40,524 nt of DNA from Azolla caroliniana (taxonomy: Eukaryota > Plantae > Polypodiophyta), in assembly GCA_043228905.1 (NCBI GenBank), contig JBHGNT010000277.1, forward strand, positions 1 to 40,524, read 5' to 3'. Under the pieces are notes generated by a model. The model was not told where the DNA came from. It was given only the letters and a program-made list of their open reading frames with translations, and made no database searches. Positions within the stretch are counted from its first letter, which is position 1. The number at the start of each line of letters is the position of its first letter. Positions 1 to 12,099 of this stretch are shown here, piece by piece. The translations under genes and the position numbers were made by a program.

Positions 1-78
1 ATAGTATGGCTTCCACCCATGTAACACAAGGTTATGGGTTCAAGTCCTTTTGAAACTATATTATGCCATATCATGACA
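1..78 (-). mobile_element. 5' tip of a chromovirus-type LTR (TGTCATG family), truncated by the window edge
   Basis: Reverse complement reads TGTCATGATATGGCA...GGACTTGAACCCATAACCTTGTGTTACATGGG. This aligns with the start of the LTR at 33867 (TGTCATGATATGGCAAGACTCGAACCCATGACCTTATGCTACATGGG). It interrupts a gypsy integrase at the GGHY codons. Confidence 0.8.
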
Positions 79-372
79 TAGTGTCCCCCAGCGATTCCAC
101 AGGGTGCCTCGCAGTAATACTGCGTCCTTCTGGTCGCTCCGGACCGCTCGTCGCCATACTCCATCCGCGCCCTTGTGGTACAACGTGTCCTGTACAAGAC
201 AAAAATGCGAGCTCTACATTGCTAGATGTTTCTGCTTGTCCCGGCTCAACTCTTCCGGTGGTAGTCCAATACTCAGAAACCGGTGCATGACCATCATCCA
301 CTTATCCTCACCGGCCACCAATTCATCTATTGTTGCCTCCGTAGTAATTTTAAATAGCTCGGCGTCCGAAAA
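79..372 (-). pseudogene. Ty3/gypsy RNase H-integrase junction fragment
   Basis: DAELFKITTEATIDELVAGEDKWMMVMHRFLSIGLP...LREAPCGIAGGHY is homologous to the pol ORF at 27757..29379 (DAKLFRITTE...EDKWLTDMHQFLSTGLP...LREAHCGIVGGHY). Right boundary approximate. Confidence 0.85.
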
Positions 373-1097
373 CAGATCACCCTCAGTTCCCTTAGATGGT
401 GATGTCCCACAAAGAGTGTGGACCGGCAAAGACGTATCATACTAGCATCTTAGGGTGTTCAGTTGTTTGCTTATGTGCATGTTTCAAAGGATCAAAAGGG
501 GAAAATGGATCGTAAGACTCGGTCATGCATATTCCTCGGCTATGGTGAGGACGAATTCGGCTATTGGCTGTGGGACCTAGTCAACAAGACGGTGATTCGA
601 AATCGAGATATCATCTTTATGGAAGAAAAGACGATTACAAACTAAGAGATGGGGAAAACGAGATAGGTCTCCCGATCGACAGAAAACATGCCTCCAACTA
701 ACACAACTGAATCCAGCACGATTGATTCGAGCCAAGTTGTTGGTCGGTCGAATCGGACTCAAGTTGATCCGACTGAAATCTGATACGAACCAAAGCCGAC
801 TGAGGAGCATTGGGAGTTGACCGACATTAGATATCCAACAAACACACAAGGGGAATCGGTCAAAAGAAGACAATCGATCAAACGAGGATCCAAATCCGAC
901 TTAGACAAAGAGCCGACCAAAGAGGTCGAACAGAAGTCGACTGCATCAAACGGAGGCAGGTGATACCCTCTGAGAGAGAGAAGAGACTCCCGAAGATTTC
1001 TGGATAGAGAGTACGTATTATTAACCGATGAGGGGGAGTTGGAAAGCCTCGAAGAAGCGAAGAGAGATACCCACAATTAGAAGTGGTTGCATGCCAT
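371..1097 (+). pseudogene. Ty1/copia (Tnt1/Tork-like) pol fragment: end of integrase, SH3-like domain and linker up to the RT start
   Basis: NRSPSVPLDGDVPQRVWTGKDVSY*HLRVF..AYVHVSKDQKGKMDRKTRSCIFLGYGEDEFGYWLWD, ending at KWLHAM. In-frame stops present. Confidence 0.85.
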
Positions 1098-1190
1098 GTT
1101 GTATATAGCAATGGGCGCGGTTCGGTTTCGGTTCGGTTCGGTTTCTTGACATTGAAACCAAACCAAACCGGTTATTCATAATAAAAACCA

Positions 1191-1396
1191 AACCAAACCA
1201 TTTAAAAATTTTGAAGCCATTTAAACCAAATTATTTAAACCAAACCGTTTAATAGGTAGGAGAAACCAAACCATTTATGTAAAATGTAGAACCAAACCAT
1301 TTAAAAATTTTGAAGCCATTTAAACCAAATTATTTAAACCAAACCGTTTAATAGGTAGAGAAACCAAACCATTTACGTAAAATGTAGAACCAAACC
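1191..1396. repeat. ~99-bp tandem duplication in the hAT subterminal region
   Basis: ACCATTTAAAAATTTTGAAGCCATTTAAACCAAATTATTTAAACC...TGTAGAACCAAACC occurs at ~1197 and ~1296. Confidence 0.85.
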
Positions 1397-2134
1397 GAAC
1401 CGATGTATCATACATCATTACCAAACCAAACCGAATTGTTTTTGACATAATCCAACCAACATGAAATTATAAATTGAACCAAATCAAAGACTAGAACACT
1501 ATAAAATAACAGAAATTTACAACACATTTTCTGAAAATTGCTAATTTGTGAAAAATGATAAGATATAACATAAAAAGATAAATGTTTTTTAGAATGATAA
1601 CAAAACTCCATACAATAGAGTTCAAACTTCAAATCTATATATGTTGAAATCCATATATGTAACTTAAGAACAACAATCCATATATATAATAGAGTTCCAA
1701 ATCCATAGGACCATATATGTAAACTTAATCTAGCTTTTTGTTTCCAATGTTTGAATAAGGGATTCCTGAAAGTATAAAATACGCAAAAGAATTAAGTAAT
1801 TCGTAATAACAAATTTAAAGAATCGAATAAAAAACAATATGTAATAAAAATTACAATGACTTCGAAGATCTCCAATTGCAACCACTATTGTCGTTAACTT
1901 GTCAAAAATCAACATGATTCCTGTACATATAAAATACATAAAAAAAAGTAAGTAATTATTAATAAAAATATTTTAAGTAAAGACTCAAATAAAAAACAAC
2001 CAAGTAACAAGTGTGCACACCTTAATTTTCCTTTGACTATCATGTAATATGTAATCTATTGCCTCGTCTTCAGCAACAAGATCATCCAAATTCATTGTTA
2101 GTTCTGCATAAGTGGTGTGAAAATTATCTATCAA

Positions 2135-4086
2135 CTAAACATTACATTCTCTTAAAACATCCATCCATGATCGAATGCACATTTCAGCTTTGAAAGTGCA
2201 TGAATGTAGTTTGATCTTGTTAACAAAGGTCATTTTTGTTGCCGAATTAGCCTCTTCAGCAGGTACTGATGATGTTGGTATAGTGAGGTAATCACATGCC
2301 ATCCTATATAGTGAAGGCATTGCTGATTTATTATCATTCCACCATTGTAAAGGATCCTTGTCCGTGCCAGTCGAAGGAAGTCTCATAAAGTGCTCAATTT
2401 CTGACCGTGAATCAGAAACAAGACTTTTATTATTTACACCCATTAACGTCCCAATTTTTGAGTTCTTATCATTTTCATGTATTGTGGTTGAAGCCGAAGG
2501 TGGTTCAACATCACTCGTGAACGAGTGATAATGGGACTCAATCATGCTTTCAACCAACTTAATATCTAACTCTCTTTCTGTATGATTATTTGGAAGAGGC
2601 AATCTATAAAACAAATAAAACGGTTTTAAACTCAAATAAAAAATCTGAAATCATGATGATAATTGTACGATATAAAGGTAAGCATTACCTGGGATCAAGA
2701 AACATTGTTATGCAAGATGGAATAGACTTTAACGATTCTTGATACTTGATTAAATATTGTAAGCAGTTCTCAGACGCTCTTTGAAGCACCTCTTGTGTGA
2801 ATCTAGATGATCCTGGAAGTGAAGAATCTAAAAATTGATTGCAATGATTTAGTAAACAATTATATGCTAGCGATACTAGTGATAATGTAGGATATCTTGA
2901 GCCTCCCGGAAAAGTAGAAACCTTGGCCGGTGTATCTAGCCATTCTGCCATGACATGTATGTGACTCAAGACATAACCATTGAAATCACTTGATATTGTT
3001 AAATCTGAAATTGTAAAATTCAATACATCTCTATCCTTGATAGCTTGCCTAAACATTTCCAAGGTAGAATTCCATCTTGTAACAACATCAAGCCTTGGTG
3101 GTTCCCTTTCATGATGTTCAACCATCCTAGCATACTTCCTAAACACTTCCCTTCGAACCTTGCTAGATCTAATAGTATGGAGCATTGTTCTCAACTTTTT
3201 TGTTGAGGGTGAGATAACCTCTAATGTTGCCTTGATACCCAACTGAAAAGTGTGTACCATACATCTTAACATATGTGATGGAGCCAAAATTTCCTTACCA
3301 TGCTCATCTTGTAACAACATGCTCAACTCCTTTGCAGCTACTTGTGCATCACTCGCTCCATCAAAAATTGTAGCTAAGAGGCGACTAGAAGTATCAAAGG
3401 ATCGAAGTCGAGCAAAGAGGGCATGTGCACAACGCTTCCCTGATCCAACACCTCGAAATACATGCACAAAATCCAATAACATTGACCTCGACCTTCCTGT
3501 CTCATAAGTAGAAGCCCTTCAGACTACTATTTGACCAACTATCAAAAGTTATGGAAAATCTTGATTGGCATTTCGATAGCAAATCTATCACTTGATGACG
3601 CTACACCACATAAATTTCTAGGATGGAACGCTTAATCATGCGTCTTGTCTTTACTTGATATCCGGGTACAATTTGTTGTATGAACTCCTTAAATTCAGGT
3701 GATTCCACATGTGCATGGGGCAATGTTCCCTTCACAATATACTTCGTGATGGCAGCATCAATTGTCTTCTCTAAAACGTGAGATACTCTAGCAGACTCAA
3801 TTGAAGATTGAATGTGTTGTGATATACCTGAATTTTGGTCTGGGTCGCTTGATAAATGATGCTTTTTTGCTAAATGTTTGGCTATAGTGCATGTGGATAT
3901 TGTAGAAGACCAACAAACATGGCAATGATGGCATCGTCGTCGAGGTGTGCCATTATCCATATAAAATATGATGTGAGCATCTGTCCATGATGTGCGTTGC
4001 CTTTTTCTTGAGCTACTTGTTGACCCACGGCTAACATCAATTGAAGATGAGTCCACTGCAACATTAGTTTGAGATGATGATTCCAT
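2135..4086 (-). pseudogene. hAT transposase, degenerate
   Basis: BED zinc finger (CHHC...HLAKKH), FSITFDSWS, IFDGASD, RCMVH (CxxH), LDVVTRWNST, and dimerisation domain DPLQWW...YLTIPTSSVPAEEANS. GT-AG intron at 2688..2604. Premature TAG at 3601-3603, plus a stop and frameshift near 3500. Confidence 0.92.
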
Positions 4087-4694
4087 TTTATAGTGTTCCT
4101 ATAAAATTCAATTAACTCAATTAGCACATTTCAAATACATAATAATGAGATAAATAAATGAAATAGAATGTTTGCTAAGTTAGCTAAGAACAAAAAAGCA
4201 ACCATTATGTCCAATGGCAAACATTCTACAAGACCATAATTCCAAATTGTGATAAACTTTTCTGAGAAAGAAGACATGTTAATATAGAAAGATACATTGT
4301 TACACTTCAGAGAAAGAAAGATTGTACATTTTAATACATCTGTTGTCTTTACGAGTATTGTTCAACAATCCAATGCAAAATATGTATGCATAAAAAGCTT
4401 ATTGTGAAGCTAGAAATAAATAGATATAGGGTTAATTATTGCAGAGATAACTTCAATCAGAGCACGTAAGTTTGAACCTTGATAATCAAATCAAGCCAAT
4501 ATATGTACATAATTTTGATAGTCAAATAATCAGTGTTATTTTTTACCATAGTTTAGTTGAACATGTCAGGTGGAAACTAGAGGTATAACATTTTATCATG
4601 TTTCTTTGAACATATCTACAAGTTTCTTTGTTAAAAACCTTCAATTTTACCTGCCATGAATAAGATTCACCTTATCAAAATGATTTGAATGCAG

Positions 4695-6381
4695 AAAGAG
4701 AATCAATTTTGACATTAGAACAAACTCAGATTGACAGTGCCATTGCTTAATCTGGAATGGTCTTGCAAAATGATCAAGAAGTTAATGAGAAAAATGTTTT
4801 AGATACAAAAAGGGATAAAATTGGATTAGAGCCCCTAGATTCAACTGGGTTAGGACAAACTCAGATTGCCAATTCAATTACTAATTCTGAAAATGGTCAC
4901 AATGCAAGGGAGCAAACTATCTTCAGATTTACAGATGAGGAAAATGAATCATAGACCCCAAATTAAACCATATTAGGGTCAATTTCCACAGTAGGAAAAA
5001 CTCAAATCGACAATGCCATGGTTGACTCTAGCATGGATTTGCAAAATGATCAGGATGTGAATGACCAGAATGTATTCATTGTAGAAAGAGAGAAAACTGA
5101 CGTGAAATACGTGGATTAATCTCCGGCCACAACCGAAGCGTAGATCACTTGATGACAATAAAAAACATAGACAAAATGGGAATGGAGGTAAGTCGACAAA
5201 ACAGAAAAAGAATACACATGATATTAACGTGGAAAACCCTGAAAGGGAAAAACCACAGGAGTCCACTAACTCCAAACTATCACTCTATAAAGTAATGCAA
5301 CAGGGAGCACAGAGGCAACGACCTCTTGCTCACAATCTTCGCCTAGCAGCGGTTACAATAGAGACATGCTCTGTATCGCTCTCTCTGTCTCTCTCTTTGT
5401 ACAGTCGTTACACCAATAACTCTATCATCATAACTATTAAGTTTGCCCTAGGTCATATTTATACTAATATGACTTTCGGGCTATTTACAAATATAGCCCC
5501 AGTGGGCTCTCTAGAACATATTTACATATATGTCCCTTCCATCCGATGAGAGGTTCTCACCGGGCCTGCAACATCCGGTTCTCACCGGGTCTTCCTTGCC
5601 GGGTACTCGTCATCTGGATTCGGCCTCTGCCTATTGGCCTCGGCCGAGTTTGCTCATCAACACTGTTCTTCTCACTTCCCATCCGGAGGGACCTGTTTCC
5701 TAACAAAAACTAGGTCAGAGCCCACAGATTCAACTGGGTTAGGACAAGCTCAAATTGGTAATACCATTACCGATTCTGGAAATGGTTCCAATGCCGAGGA
5801 TCAAAATGTCTTCAGATTTGCTGACAAGGAGGAAAATGAAAAAGAGACCCCAAATTTGACCATATTGGGGCTGATTTCAACATTAGGAAAAACTCAAATC
5901 GACAATAGCATGGGTGATTCTGGCATGGACTTGCAAAATGATCAAAATGTGAACGAACAGAATGTATTCATTGCAGAAAGGGAGAAAACTAGGTCAAAGC
6001 CCTTAGATTCAACTGAGTTAGGACAAAATCAGATTGGCAATCCTGTTACTGATTTTGGAAATGGTCACAATGTAGAGGAGCAAAATGTCTTGCACTTTGC
6101 AGATAAGGAGGAAAATGAATCAAAGACCCCAAATTTGACCATATTGCGATCAATTTACACATGCGGCATTAGGACAAAGTCAGATAGACAAAACCATGGA
6201 TGACTTCGGCATGAACTTGCAAAGTGACCAGGATGCTAAGGAGAATATGTTGAAGCCAGGTGAATGTATAGAAATTGAGGAAACTGGGAATCTTTTTATT
6301 GATTTTCAGGCTATCGAAGCACACATTACTGGCATTACTATTGATCTGGAGTGTCCGATTGGCGATGATAGAAAAACCTAA
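4695..6381 (+). pseudogene. Degenerate tandem-repeat ORF carried inside the hAT element, function unknown
   Basis: About 3.5 copies of a 276-279-bp unit (LGQxQI.N.ITDSGNG.N...QNVFRFADKEENE..TPNLTILG / LGKTQIDN.M.DSGMDLQNDQ.VN.QNVFI.EREKTRS.P.DST). The length difference between the first two full units is one whole codon. Candidate splice acceptor TGCAG at 4694. Split by a solo LTR and several stops. Confidence 0.6.
5098..5705 (-). mobile_element. Solo LTR, 608 bp, probably copia family
   Basis: TG...CA termini and TSD AAAAC (5093-5097, 5706-5710). The minus-strand start TGTTAGGAAACAGGTCCCTCCGGATGGGAAGTGAGAAG is identical to the LTR at 20850. Removing it restores the host repeat GAGAAAACTAGGTC. 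Confidence 0.93.
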
Positions 6382-6920
6382 TTCAACTTTAGATTCAAAG
6401 ATGAATCATACGTGTGTTATAGGTAGCAATAGCAACAATAAGAGGTTTGGAGTATGGATAATTGAGGAATGGAGAAAAGAACACGATTAGAACTTAGAAG
6501 TTAGAAGTCTGCACTCTGGAGTTTGAAGAGCAATGAAGTGGTGATTGGTCGTTGCCGCCTCAACCTACACAGTGCCACCTACGTAGTGCGCCTCATGAAT
6601 CCCTTCCGTTCGATAGTAGTCTTAGGTCTATTACCCAATGCCCAATGACAAATGCCCATAGTAAAAATAGGAAGGGTATAATTTATAAAATTGAAAATTT
6701 AAGGGTAAGGTAAGAACCTATAAACCGAACCAAATTAATAGAAACCGTTAAACCGTTAAACCGACAAACAAATAAATGTTAAACCAAACTGAACCGAAAC
6801 CAAACCGAACTTACATTCTTTAAACCAAACCAAACTCATTATTTAATTTTGAACTGATAAACCGTTAAGCCACGGTTTAACGGTTCAGTTTGGTTTGAGC
6901 CGAAACCGTGCCCATTGCTA

Positions 6921-7111
6921 GTTGTATATTCCTCCTACAATAGTGATTACTTAGAGTTTATGGACTCCTGTGGTTTTTCTTTTCCAAGGTTTTCCACGTG
7001 AAAAGATCGTGTGTATATGTACTTTCTTTTCTTGTGTATTGATGTCTTGATTTCTACGTCTCTCATTTGCACGTATTGACCAGTTGTGGCTGGCTTCATA
7101 TTCCACATTAT
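6921..7111 (+). mobile_element. 3' (R/U5) remnant of an LTR related to the solo LTRs at 5098 and 20850
   Basis: TGGACTCCTGTGGTTTTTC...GGTTTTCCACGT and GTTGTGGC motifs match those LTRs. Right boundary approximate. Confidence 0.65.
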
Positions 7112-8028
7112 TCTCGTTACTCTATACGTATGATGCATCTAGGTATGTGTAGGGGGAGGATATATAGGTACAAAACTAATCAAGAATTCTAGAGAATACA
7201 TGCATTCCGAGATGACCATAATAAGAATACTAGAGAGAATGCATGCATTCCCAAGCAACCATAATTGTATTAATGTGATGACCGAGAGAACAAGATGGGA
7301 GAATGAAGAGAGAGAGAGAGAGAGAGAGCCCATATAATTGTAGTTCAATTCTAAGGTTCTCTGACAACGACTAGAAAACTCCTACATTCCTTCAGTGGCA
7401 TCTACTATATTAAGAAAAAAATTCTATAGTCTAATAAAGGGGTGTAAGTTTGTCCGATGAAGTCCAGAAGGTAATTTGGCATCTTAAGAAGAAAAATGTA
7501 CACTGTAGATGAAAATGAAAGTTGAGCCTTGTCTTGGTAGTCTTAACAACTTGTCATAGTTACAAAAATAGAAAAGAAAGCATCTTACCCTAACTATCAC
7601 TACCAACATAGCTAGCTCAGTGGTATCTCATTAATAAAAAAACAGGTCAGAGGAGAAGAGGACGGGAGATTGAATCTACATATAACTAATACTTGTCGCA
7701 GTCATTTTTAAAGGGCATGATGATGACAGTGATAAATAGCAGCTTTAGGGGGGTGATCCAGATTCCAGATTCCACTCCACCCCCACCCCCACCTACTAAA
7801 GTAAGTAACCCCTAAACCTAATAAGCTAAGCTACTCATCCATATGTATGCGATTGCGTGTGTGTGTGCGGTGTGCATGCTTTGCTCTCAAAGGAAAGGAA
7901 AGACCAGATAAAGTATGAGTACCAAAACAAATAAAAGCTTTTTATATGAACGACGCTAAAGCAAGGAAAAAGAAAAAAAGAGCAGAGAGAAAGAGATAGA
8001 AGGAGGGAGGGGGGGTTCGTCAGTTGCA

Positions 8029-8059
<31 letters not shown>

Positions 8060-8161
8060 ACAGTATTTTGATTGGATTTTGAAAATTCTAGAAGTTTGAC
8101 CACTCTAGTGTAGTATTAGTCTAGGCTAGCGATCAGATGGATGGATGGATGGATCCGTCAA

Positions 8162-11100
8162 TCAAACTTTGTCAAAGCCGGGGCCCAGGGAGAGGCCTAG
8201 GAAATTGTGTTCTTTGGCACTACTAGTAGGAGGAGAAGCAGCAGCAGTAAGAATCCTGCTGCTCATCACTGCTCCCTCCCTGCTTCTGCTGCTGCTCCTG
8301 CTACTGCTGCTTTCCTGTGTGGAGGATGAAGAAGCAGTGCGGTTGTTCCCATTCATTTTCTGAGACAATGCAGTATCCAAGGTGATAGTGGTGATGCCAC
8401 GATGGCTGTTGCAATGATGATGATGATGATTCGCCAGAGACGATGAGCTCTGCACATACCCCAATCCTGACTTGCATAGCCATTCTGGAAATCCTGCTCC
8501 TCCTATGGCTGGGGGTAGGGATAGGGGTAGGGGTAGGGGTAAGGGTAAGGGTAAGGGTAAGGGTGGGTCCACACCACCACCACAACCAGCTGCAGCTGCT
8601 GCTGCTGCTGGCGGCAGTTGTGATGATGATGATGATGATGAGATATAAGGTGAGAATCCTGATGATGCTGCCGTTGCTAGTTTGTTGGCTGCAGCCATTG
8701 CTTGCGTGGCCGCAAGGGTTCTGCGGGCCTGCCATGTCCAACCACTGTGTGTCAGTGATGCCTTTGTACTTGCTGCACCCACCCAATCCATCCCTTCTTT
8801 GCTTGGATGGTAAGGTGCCTGTATTTAGATGCCCAAATTCAGGAGAACAAATAAAGTAAGTAGTAACTTAAACACAAATAATCTCTCTCTCTCTCTCTCT
8901 CTCTCAACTCTGAGATGTTGCAGTGGAAACGTGCTGTTTTTGCTGTGTTTGTTTACCTTATAGAAGTTGTGATCTGCAATCACATCCCTGCTTGCCAATG
9001 CAATGGGCCGATGCAAGCCCCCGGGTGCGGCATGCTCAATACTTGCTCCAGAACAAGGTCGTTCCGAATTGTACTTCAATAATTCTCTCTGCTGAATATC
9101 CATGTTGGGAGGAAAACCTTGTGCGTAAGGTACATCTCCTCTAGGATCTTCTGCATAGCGTGGTGCTATGGGCTTTCCGTTACCGAATGGAGCGATGGTA
9201 AACAGCTGTGCTGGAAACCCATCTCTTTCTTTGGGATTCTGGGGTCCACCATGGCAAGCCTAAAGCCAAAATCAACATTGTTGAGATTCATTGGTGGCAG
9301 TGTAGTAGGTAGGTACAGGACAAATCCCGACAATAACATTCACTGCTACTACTACAACCCTTAACCCTAAACATTCACGTGTGTAGTAGCTACATAGTAG
9401 TAGGTACTAGAAGATGTGGAATCGATAATCTAATATATTACAAATGCTTTGACAATTTGTTCTATAGATTACATCCTTCCATATCATTATGATCTTTATT
9501 GATATGTTTGCATGTTTAATCATGAGCACAAGCGCCAAATTTGTTATGCATTTGTATTGTAATGCGATCAATACAAATTTATTATAGTCTCCACAAATAT
9601 ATGCTGAAAGAAGAGCTTCCACATACCGGCGGCGGCCAAGTTTCCCTGATGGAGCCAGGTGGTAATCTAGCCGCCATCACTCCCATGTTATCTTCCCCTA
9701 TGCCAGGCCTCAGTGACCAGGATGCTTCACGCCTCTGATGCTTATCTCCATTAGTGACCTCATCTGGGTGAGGAGGCATTGTCGTCTGTTGTGATGAGCC
9801 ACCCCCCAGACTGAGCTCCAACGTCTGTTCAAGTCCTGGAAACAAGAAAAAATAGAAAAAAAAAAAAAAATGGACGTCTCTTAGAGGAGGAGGCCCATAA
9901 ACAATAGTAATACAGCTTCCCTTTAACACACGGCCCCCAGCCATAGCTTGATAGGTTAGGCATACCAGTGGTAGCTTCTGTAATAACATCTTCCTCATAA
10001 GCGCTAGGATCAAAATTTGTGACAGCATCCCTGCCATTGCAACGAATGGCAGCTCTGTCATATGCCCTGTATCAAAGTAGCAGATCCCGCTTTAGAAATA
10101 GAGCATAGCACATACATATTCAGCAAATCTATGCAATTTCATCATCTGGTAAACAAAGAAATCCGTGATAGAAACCTTGCTGCATCCACTTCACTATCGA
10201 ATAAGCCAAGATAGATATACCTGGAAAAATACACAATCCAGCCATGGCTTGTCACACCTCAAATGCAATGAGACTAGGATCAACGGATGATGATCATCAA
10301 TTCAAGGAGATAAAATAAATAATTAGGAAACGTCACTTTTTGCCAAGGAATTGACCCATCCTTGCCTCCCAGCGCCCGCATTTGTGCAATGTCACGCCCC
10401 TGAACCTCGAGCTTCCTCGCGAGAAGCCAGTGCTCTGCCTCCGAAGAATATGCACAAACTCTTCCTTCGTGAGAGAGCTCATCTGCACAAGAAAAATAAG
10501 TATAACACACTTCCTTCATAAACTCCCCTGGTGAATTTCTATCTCTAGTACCTGCTTCATGTCCTCCTCATAATCACTTAAATTGAAGTTAATATCTGCA
10601 TCAGGGCCTCTAAATTTGATGGCTGCCCTGTCGTATGCCCTGGCAGCATTAATGGCCAACACATATTCTGGAAGTCAGAAACAAAGGAATGCTCTCCAGT
10701 AGCATCTACCTACCCCCACCATATCCATTTACAGTGAAGAACGAGAAAGGAAGCATTGGGCATACCTTGCAGCTGCGTGTGCTGTATCAAATCCACCTGA
10801 TACAATAACATAATAAAAACAAGAAAGGAACCAAGACCATGGTAAGATGAAGAATCCCTTGGGCAAGCAACCGATCTTAAGAAATAGGAGCACTCACCTA
10901 GATACACTTGTTTTCCACAATCCCTGTTGGGAAAGAGGAGCCAAAACATGTTACAATTGGGGCCAAGAAGTCTAAAAACTTTGTTCATTGTGTCTGTCTA
11001 TCTATCTATCTATCTCTCTCTCTATATATACAACGTACCAAATGTGAGATTCCCATCGTCCTGTGCGGCGGTAGAAGGTGACACCTCGGTACTGGGAGCT

Positions 11101-12099
11101 CCTGGATCGGGGACCTCTTCTGCTTTTCTTCATGGGCTGCACATGGCCCATAGTTGCATCAGCCTGGCAGAACGGATGACTGGCAGGCGCTCCAAAGTCT
11201 CCTCCTCCTCCTCCTCCTCCAGTAGTCAGATTGTTTTGACTTTGACAATTAGTAGGTGGTCGTGTTGTCATGGTGGGCAAGAAGAATTGCAAGGTGGCTG
11301 CTGATGCTACCAGAGAAGCGGTGGCAGTGGCAGTGGCAGGGGCAGGGGCAGGGGCAGGAGCAGGGGGTCCTCTTCCCAGAAAGGGTACTACCATGTGCTG
11401 CTGCTGCTCTGTTATTGGCGGCAGATTCATACTAGTAGAAAATTTATTAGCAGTAGCGGCAAGAAGCCCCAGATCGTAACTGAGGTTAGTGGGGCGTTTG
11501 TTGGTGGGGAATCTGGAGACGGCGGCTACGCCAGCAGTATCAAAGAAGAGGTGCAGTAGGGGGCTATTGCTACATGAGCTGTTGCCCTCCGCCACATCCC
11601 GGCTGGAAGCTTCGAACTCAGAGGATAGCATCTCGTGAGTGCTGCTGCCGCCACCGCCACAGCCACCGCCACCGTGGTGGGTGGTGGTGGTTACATTCAC
11701 CACAGACGAGCTGCCTGACGTCCCGGATATGTTGTCTCCCGTTGCTGCGCTCGGGAGGCCATCCAATATGGCATTCATCTCTCTTGCGCTGCCCCTCTCT
11801 AAATTGCTACCATGTTTCTTCTTCTTCTGGTCATGATGAAAGAGCTCCGGTTCAGGTTCAGGACCATGGCCAAGCTCCGCCAAGACACTCACTTCAGACC
11901 CGACAAGCTCACAGCTTCCAACACCACCCACGCCTGCTCCCTCCTCCTCCTCCTCCTCCTCCTCCTCCTCCTCCTCTCTGGACATAATATGCTCCTCCTG
12001 TACAACAATAATATCGTCCACGCTCGCTTGAGTATGCTTCTCTTCCAACCCTGCAGAAGCTTCATGGATGGGCAAATCGTTCAAATCTAGAATCATCAT
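8162..12099 (-). CDS. AP2: euAP2 (APETALA2/TOE-type) double AP2-domain transcription factor, ~888 aa, 10 exons
   Basis: Exons 12099-11039, 10923-10898, 10796-10766, 10639-10552, 10482-10337, 10220-10176, 10066-9966, 9835-9627, 9259-8957 and 8818-8162. All introns are GT-AG and the total is 2667 nt in frame. Internal exon sizes 26/31/88/146/45 are typical of euAP2. Motifs: [36 protein letters not shown], second AP2 repeat ([23 protein letters not shown]), LELSLG, and AASSGF. Exons 8-10 are less constrained than 1-7. Confidence 0.93.
8653..8673 (-). promoter_or_regulatory. miR172 target site in the AP2 last exon
   Basis: mRNA sense CGGCAGCATCATCAGGATTCT (encodes AASSGF) versus the canonical euAP2 site CTGCAGCATCATCAGGATTCT. 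Confidence 0.88.

Larger units (their letters stand above)
1106..6920 (-). mobile_element. hAT-superfamily DNA transposon, 5815 bp
   Basis: TIRs TAGCAATGGGC(G/A)CGGTT at 1106 and 6920. Perfect 8-bp TSD GTTGTATA at 1098-1105 and 6921-6928. Dense subterminal AAACCG/AAACCAAACC arrays at both ends. Internal hAT transposase. Confidence 0.95.

Noticed and set aside
8250-8270. Second miR172 site (AGAATCCTGCTGCT...)
   Set aside because: Matches only about the first 9 nt, with a mismatch at position 10 and poor 3' pairing. It lies in a low-complexity CTG tract.
8145-12090. Plus-strand and alternative-frame ORFs over the AP2 locus
   Set aside because: Shadow ORFs produced by GC-rich trinucleotide repeats of the AP2 exons.
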